DNA from: an uncultured Acidimicrobiales bacterium
Lineage (GTDB): Bacteria; Actinomycetota; Acidimicrobiia; Acidimicrobiales; JANYDT01
Reading direction: 5' to 3'
Assembly (NCBI GenBank): GCA_963763135.1
Contig: CAVXNJ010000012.1
Span: forward strand, 851,789-915,788
DNA: 64,000 nt
A program made the position numbers and the translations under genes. The notes beneath the pieces are model-generated. The model did not search any database. It was not told where the DNA came from and saw only the letters and a list, made by a program, of their open reading frames with translations. How positions within the stretch are numbered: position 1 is the stretch's first letter; every line of letters starts with the position of its first letter. Positions 58,969 through 64,000 of this stretch are shown piece by piece.

Positions 58969-60462
58969 TCAGCGGAGATCTCGCCGCAACACCTTGCCGC
59001 CGAGGCCGTAGGGAAGTTCGTTCACGAAGAGGACTTTCGAGGGGCATTTGTAGCGGGCCAACTGCCGGCCGCAAAAGGCGATCAGGTCGTCTTCTTCAAG
59101 GGCCCGGTCGGGCTTGGCCACGACGAAGGCCTTGACCGACTCCCCGGAATGCGGGTTCGGGACTCCGACCACGGCCACCTCGGAGACACCCGGATGCTCG
59201 GCGAGGACCTGTTCGACTTCGTTCGGATACACGTTGAATCCCGAGACGATGATCAGGTCTTTGCCCCGGTCGACGATGGTCAGATACCCCTGTTCGTCGG
59301 CCACGGCGATATCGCCCGTGCAGAGCCATCCGTCTTGGGTGAGCGCCCGAGCACTGGCGTCGGCATCCTCCCAATATCCGGAGAAGACGTTCGGGCCTTT
59401 GATCCGGATTTCACCGGGATCGCCGACGAGTACGTCGTTGCCATGGTCATCGACGAGCCGAATCAGCAGCCCGGGAAGGGGCAACCCGATCGTGCCTGGG
59501 CGAAGATCGTTGAAGTCGGCACTGGTGACAACCGGCGACGCTTCCGTCAACCCATAACCCTCACCGATCGCCACGCCGAAGCGTTCGTAGAACCGGGTGA
59601 TCAGTTCCGGATCGAGCTTCGAGGCACCGCTGGCCGCGATCCGCACGCTGGCAAAATCGCGTCGGGTCGCTTCCGCCAACGGGAGGGCCTCCCAGGCGGC
59701 GTACATCGGAGGAACACCGGCGATGACGGTTACCTCGCGCTCGCGGATCGTGTCGAGCGCCGACGACGGATCGAAGCGTTGCACGAGGACTGAACAGCCT
59801 CCGGCGAAGAGCATCAGCCCCAGCGAGGCATTGAGCCCGTAGATGTGGAACAGCGGAAGTACACAGAGCGCTATGTCGCTGGAGAGAATCTCGCCGGGTC
59901 CGAATGACTGCACCTGTTGCAGATTGGCCATCAGATTGCCGTGACTCAGGCAAGCCGCTTTTGGCGAACCGGCGGTGCCGCTTGTGAACATGAGCACTGC
60001 GAGATCGTCTTCCTGCCGATCCACGAGGGGCACCGGATCGCACACGAGCAGGTCTTCGAACGCCCGCGCTCCCGGGATGTGCACACCTTCCGGGACGAGC
60101 ACGTGTTGCACGCCCAGGTAGGCCAGATCAAGCTTCGTTGCGGCGTCTTCGCTGGTCGCCCCGAGGATCGCGACCCGTGGACGAACGGCACGAATTTCGC
60201 GTTCGAGTTCCGCGGCCGGGCTCTGCGGGTTGAGGGGGACGACCACCGCTCCGGCACCGAGCGCGGCCAGATACGCCACCACGAAATACCAGTTCGATGC
60301 GAGCACGATGGCTACCCGGTCGCCGGGTTGAATCATCGAATGAAAGCCACCCCGGACGGCCGCCACCTGGGCCCGGAGATCGCCGTATGTTGTGACCTGC
60401 CCGGCGCTGATGATCGCCGGGGCGTCAGCGGGGTGCGGGTCGATTATCGAGGCCAGGTTCAT
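58969..60462 (-). CDS. AMP-dependent acyl-CoA synthetase/ligase (FadD-like)
   Basis: 497 aa with the AMP-binding motif MFTSGTAGSPKAA, plus GYGLTE and TGDIAV..DRGKD. Confidence 0.9.
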   Translation of the reverse strand: MNLASIIDPHPADAPAIISAGQVTTYGDLRAQVAAVRGGFHSMIQPGDRVAIVLASNWYFVVAYLAALGAGAVVVPLNPQSPAAELEREIRAVRPRVAILGATSEDAATKLDLAYLGVQHVLVPEGVHIPGARAFEDLLVCDPVPLVDRQEDDLAVLMFTSGTAGSPKAACLSHGNLMANLQQVQSFGPGEILSSDIALCVLPLFHIYGLNASLGLMLFAGGCSVLVQRFDPSSALDTIREREVTVIAGVPPMYAAWEALPLAEATRRDFASVRIAASGASKLDPELITRFYERFGVAIGEGYGLTEASPVVTSADFNDLRPGTIGLPLPGLLIRLVDDHGNDVLVGDPGEIRIKGPNVFSGYWEDADASARALTQDGWLCTGDIAVADEQGYLTIVDRGKDLIIVSGFNVYPNEVEQVLAEHPGVSEVAVVGVPNPHSGESVKAFVVAKPDRALEEDDLIAFCGRQLARYKCPSKVLFVNELPYGLGGKVLRRDLR

Positions 60463-60530
60463 CGAAACTTCAGCGTCCCTCTCAGGGAAAATGCTCGGCC
60501 CAGCGATTCAAGCAGAGTGGCCAGGTTCAT
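60459..60530 (-). CDS. Possible 23-codon upstream ORF created by duplication of the ligase start region
   Basis: MNLATLLESLGRAFSLRGTLKFR. Its first 4 codons are identical to the ligase, its TGA overlaps the ligase ATG (ATGA), and it has the same upstream GAGAGGGA Shine-Dalgarno context. Confidence 0.3.
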   Translation of the reverse strand: MNLATLLESLGRAFSLRGTLKFR

Positions 60531-60721
60531 CGAAACTTCAGCGTCCCTCTCAGGGCAATAGATCTGCCGAGAGATTGCAGCGCGGCCGTCGTGGTCGTCG
60601 AATCCGACGAATTGCCCATGATGGCGAACTGCACCGCAGCAGCAATCAGAATGCCCAGCAGCAATAACGCCATGACGATAGTGGTCGATGGCCTCACCGT
60701 GCCGACCTGGCCTTGGGACAT
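60527..60721 (-). CDS. Possible 64-aa single-TM small protein
   Basis: TM segment IVMALLLLGILIAAAVQFAIMG. It ends ..LRGTLKFR with its TGA overlapping the uORF ATG. There is no homology evidence. Confidence 0.3.
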   Translation of the reverse strand: MSQGQVGTVRPSTTIVMALLLLGILIAAAVQFAIMGNSSDSTTTTAALQSLGRSIALRGTLKFR

Positions 60722-60859
60722 TGCCCATCGGAACCAAGCAGCGGGCGGACAACTGCTGGAGTTGATCGGTACATCATCGTCGGATCCGGCTCTGGCGTGT
60801 CATGACCCGCCCATCCTGCCACTCCTGCGGTGGCTCCGACACGTTGGCGTTGACGTTGA

Positions 60860-61660
60860 TCACGTGGCGGCGGTAAGCGACACGGCGCTGCTCGGCCCGA
60901 GCCCAAGCTCCCTGGCGGCGGAGTACCGGTCGATGCACAGGGAAAGGAGCCCGTAGGAGTCGACGACGATTCCAATTGCTCCGGCCTTTATATCGGCGTA
61001 GGCGTCGCAGCGGACCGCGGTGCGGGACTTTTCGCCGTAGGTGAGGGTGAGCACGTCTCCCATCTCGGCCACCTCTTCCGGAGAAATATTGAGCTGCACG
61101 TTGCCGTAGCGGTCAACCCAGAGGACCTCGCCGAGCACGGCATCGTTCTCGACCCTGGTCAGCGGAAGGACGCCGGGGAGAAGTAGAACCGGGTCGATAA
61201 GGTCACCGAACTCTTCGAGGGGGACTCCACTGCAGAGGCGGGCGGCGACCGGAGCGAAGATGTCGCGGCCGGCAAAGGTGGCGCCCGGTGCGGCGAGGTG
61301 ATGTTCGTCGTTCGTGAGCGTGACGGCTCGCGTTGCACCACCGACCATCGCCACGGCCGGTGCCATCAGACCGTTGTCGGGGCCTACAAACACGTACTCG
61401 CCGCGGGTGCCGGCCTCTACGGCAACAGCTTTGCGGGAGGTACCCACGCCGGGATCAACGATCGCCAGGATGACGCCGTCGGGGAGATACTGGATGCTGC
61501 GCACGAGCGCCAGCGAACCGGCACGAATGTCATGAACGGGAAGGTCGTGCGCAATGTCGAGAACGTGGGCATGTGGCGCAAGTTGGTGCATCACCGCCTT
61601 GCAGACTCCAACGAATTCGTCGGCGTGGCCGTAGTCGGTAAGAAACGAGATGGTGTCCAT
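60860..61660 (-). CDS. SAM hydrolase / SAM-dependent halogenase family (DUF62) protein
   Basis: 266 aa with FLTDYGHADEFVGVCKAV, VDPGVGT and VLWVDRYGN, typical of S-adenosyl-L-methionine hydroxide adenosyltransferases. Confidence 0.8.
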   Translation of the reverse strand: MDTISFLTDYGHADEFVGVCKAVMHQLAPHAHVLDIAHDLPVHDIRAGSLALVRSIQYLPDGVILAIVDPGVGTSRKAVAVEAGTRGEYVFVGPDNGLMAPAVAMVGGATRAVTLTNDEHHLAAPGATFAGRDIFAPVAARLCSGVPLEEFGDLIDPVLLLPGVLPLTRVENDAVLGEVLWVDRYGNVQLNISPEEVAEMGDVLTLTYGEKSRTAVRCDAYADIKAGAIGIVVDSYGLLSLCIDRYSAARELGLGPSSAVSLTAAT

Positions 61661-61765
61661 GGGCGTTGTGCAGTCTTACGCAAGTCGGCCGGTATCTCGT
61701 TCAGGCGCACGCCTGCACAGACCTCGAAACCCGCTCGCCAAGGGTGATCCAGGGTCTCGAGCGCC

Positions 61766-62599
61766 CTAACCAAATTCGCGGGAGCGTTCGGTCGCCGCCG
61801 CCACAGCGTCGATAAAGGCGCTGCGCGCTCCGCGCTGCTCCAGGACCCGTAGACCGGCCGCGGTGGTGCCGCCGGGTGAGGTGACGTTGCCCCGCAACCG
61901 GGCGGCCTCGTCGCCGGAGTCACGAAGCATCAGTCCGGCACCGGCGATCGTCTGGGCGACCAGCGTCGTCGCCACCGTTCTCGGGAGTCCCATGAGGACC
62001 CCGCCTTCGATCATCGCTTCGGCCACGAGGAACACATAGGCGGGACCGGAACCCGAAACTCCGGTCACCGCGTCAAGAAGCTTCTCCTCGACCCGTTCGA
62101 CAACACCAACCGCCGACAGGATGCTCGCGGCCCAGTTGAGATCTTCGGCCGTCGCTGCAGCCCCGCCCGCTATCGCCGATGCACCACAGCTGACCAGTGC
62201 CGGAGTGTTGGGCATTGACCGCACAACAGCGATCGTTCGATCCGGAGCCCCCTCGCGTAGGGCCGCTTCCATCGATGCCGTCGTTACGCCGGCCGCAACC
62301 GACAGCACGCGGTCGACGACCGGAGCAATGAGACGGCATGCATCGGCCACATGATGGGGCTTGACGGCTACCAACGCCCCACTCGCCTTGAGATGCGTGG
62401 GTTGCGCCTCAGCTACACGCACACCGGGGAACTGCGTCTCCAGTTCGGCCCGGCGAGTCGCCAACGGCTCAACGACCAGTAACTGTGCGGAGGTGCACCA
62501 ACCGGCCTTCAGCAAACCGCCGATCAGGGCCTCGCCCATCTTTCCGCCGCCGATTACCACCAGCGAATATGCGACGTCAGAAACTTCGTTTGCGCTCAC
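61766..62599 (-). CDS. proC: Pyrroline-5-carboxylate reductase
   Basis: VVIGGGKMGEALIGGL Rossmann motif, plus MPNTPALV, SGSGPAYVF and TSPGGTT. Start at GTG 62599. Confidence 0.9.
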   Translation of the reverse strand: MSANEVSDVAYSLVVIGGGKMGEALIGGLLKAGWCTSAQLLVVEPLATRRAELETQFPGVRVAEAQPTHLKASGALVAVKPHHVADACRLIAPVVDRVLSVAAGVTTASMEAALREGAPDRTIAVVRSMPNTPALVSCGASAIAGGAAATAEDLNWAASILSAVGVVERVEEKLLDAVTGVSGSGPAYVFLVAEAMIEGGVLMGLPRTVATTLVAQTIAGAGLMLRDSGDEAARLRGNVTSPGGTTAAGLRVLEQRGARSAFIDAVAAATERSREFG

Positions 62600-62690
62600 C
62601 CGGCCAGGGTATACCGGGGGCACCCGGCCCCAGGCTCACAACCCGGCCCCAGGCTCACAAGAGAGCCTTGGGCGCCAGGTCGTCTTCGGC

Positions 62691-63080
62691 CTAGACCAGT
62701 GCGCGTTGGCGGGAGAGGCGGACGGTTCGGTTTCGATCGAACTCGGTGCTCTCCTTCAACGCCACTTCGACCAGCCCAGGCACCCGAACCTCAAGCTGGG
62801 CCCATAGTTGGCGCGCAATTTCCTCGACGGTGGCCTCACGCTCCCAGACGAGCGCGGTGTAGCCCTTCCACTCGCCGACGTCTTCGTTCGTGAGGTAGCG
62901 ACCGGTCCACGGGTCGACGGTTTCGCGCAGAATCGACTCAAGATCGTCGGCAGGAAACACCTTGTCGGCGTCGATATCACCTTCGACGGTGGCTTCCACC
63001 TCCCATGCGTGGGTGTGGATCAGGTGGTCGACTCGGTGACCCCATCGGGCGTGAATGGCGGCCGTAATTGTCAGTTGCAC
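62691..63080 (-). CDS. 6-pyruvoyl-tetrahydropterin synthase / QueD-family protein (atypical)
   Basis: 129 aa from GTG 63080 (AAGGGG Shine-Dalgarno). TAAIHA..IHTHAWEVEATVEG aligns with the AAH..LHGHSFMVRLEITG of QueD. No Cys is seen at the usual catalytic position. Confidence 0.55.
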   Translation of the reverse strand: MQLTITAAIHARWGHRVDHLIHTHAWEVEATVEGDIDADKVFPADDLESILRETVDPWTGRYLTNEDVGEWKGYTALVWEREATVEEIARQLWAQLEVRVPGLVEVALKESTEFDRNRTVRLSRQRALV

Positions 63081-63588
63081 GGTATTACCCCTTCGTAGCG
63101 CGTGTGAGTATCGGCAGTACCTCCCGGTCAGTCCGACGCAGTCGAAGGAATCGACTGCTGACTCAATGGTCGCACAACATTTCGCCACGTCAGGTCCTTC
63201 GATCGGATCTTCTCCGGGTTGAAACAATTCAGAGGTGGGCCTCCGGCCGGACAACCGCAAACGACACCCCAGCCCAGGGTCGACGCAATGCTCCCGAGGT
63301 CGACACAATGCTAAAGAGTGCCCAGACAGCGGAACGCCAGACCGTTCGACGGCACCAATTCATCGGATTCGAGAGACTCAATCGCCTCAATCGACCGGCC
63401 CGCACCACCAGCGCCGGACTTCCGCCGAAACGGATGTGAGAAAGCCAGAAGCCCGGAGGCTGCATCAGCCGGTTCGCACTTCCCCGAACGAACCGACCAA
63501 CAGACGCCACCGGGCTTCTTGGTTAGCGCCCATAATTACTCATGGTTTGACGGAGCGCAAGGGGAACTTTCCGGAGTCGCGCGCTTCC

Positions 63589-63978
63589 CTACGTTCGAGG
63601 TTGGAAAACCGAGGCGAAGCCGATTCGCATGGCTGTCCGGAAACAATCCTCGCTGTACGCGTACGCCGCGCCGAGCAGCCGATCGAGCTCATCGACGGCG
63701 GTGTCGGGACCAAACGCGGAGAACGGCATTTGCCCAGTCAGATAGATCGCGTCCTCTCCCCCGATCGAGAACCGCATCCCGTAGAACCGGGCACTCGCCC
63801 GAAGCAGGTACTCGTAACAGGCCGCGACATTCTCTTCCGGAGCCGGCATGAAGTAGGTCTCATACCAAATGGTTTGCTCGCGGACGGTCAGCCAAACCGT
63901 CGTCACAAGTTTTTCGTCACCGCGGACCCGAATGAACCAGCGATTGCAGGTCGGGTCTCGTTCGACGTTGGTCACCAC
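63589..63978 (-). CDS. YbjN-like domain protein (possibly 5'-incomplete)
   Basis: WLTVREQTIWYETYFMPAPEENVAACYEYLLRASARFYGMRFSIGGEDAIYLTG..VDELDRLLGA resembles actinobacterial YbjN-family proteins. The frame stays open upstream to the window edge. Confidence 0.5.
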   Translation of the reverse strand: MVTNVERDPTCNRWFIRVRGDEKLVTTVWLTVREQTIWYETYFMPAPEENVAACYEYLLRASARFYGMRFSIGGEDAIYLTGQMPFSAFGPDTAVDELDRLLGAAYAYSEDCFRTAMRIGFASVFQPRT

Positions 63979-64000
63979 GGGGTTCTCAACGACAAGCCGA

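Noticed and set aside
63081-63200. preQ1 or other riboswitch in the leader of the QueD-like gene.
   Set aside because: Only a generic 8-bp hairpin (63138-63158) was found. There is no A-rich tail or recognisable preQ1/ZTP/THF consensus by eye. An Infernal scan is needed before any claim.

Overview
High-GC (actinobacterial-type, possibly Acidimicrobiia-like; taxon is a guess) chromosomal window dominated by energy metabolism. All calls rest on motifs read by eye in the six-frame track, with no searches run. Left to right:

- **kdpABCDE (1-7.6 kb):** the readable kdpA 5' end needs two frame changes.
- **7.6-12.3 kb:** an ABC ATPase translationally coupled to a 544-aa polytopic membrane protein, then three small accessory genes (EEP-family hydrolase, nitroreductase, minimal LAETG sortase substrate).
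- **Respiratory array (12.3-45.6 kb, about 33 kb, all minus strand):** a 7-gene Rieske/cytochrome b6-type bc module comes first in transcription order. It carries a 2x[4Fe-4S] ferredoxin gene, a split b6/subunit IV, a Rieske protein, a long dihaem cytochrome c and two unknown membrane proteins. Five nt downstream starts a complete 14-gene nuoA-N complex I. Another 78 nt downstream starts a second, divergent nuo cluster that lacks nuoE/F/G and carries a CHAP-domain gene between nuoB and nuoC.
- **Rex operators:** a near-consensus Rex operator lies in the divergent promoter region shared by this array and a monohaem cytochrome c gene. A second one lies just upstream of rex.
- **Right third (47-64 kb):** TetR, hemL-hemB, msrA, GNAT, dapD, hemD-hemC-hemA-rex, a membrane protein, an acyl-CoA ligase with a duplicated translation-initiation region, a DUF62-type SAM hydrolase, proC, a QueD/PTPS-like gene and a YbjN-like gene.
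- **Intergenic repeats:** several perfect or near-perfect tandem arrays (28, 63, 158 and 61 bp units) and a dispersed hairpin element found at operon 3' ends.

No rRNA, tRNA, CRISPR array, transposase or integrase was recognised. Three frame breaks sit at short homopolymers, so assembly indels are a real possibility.
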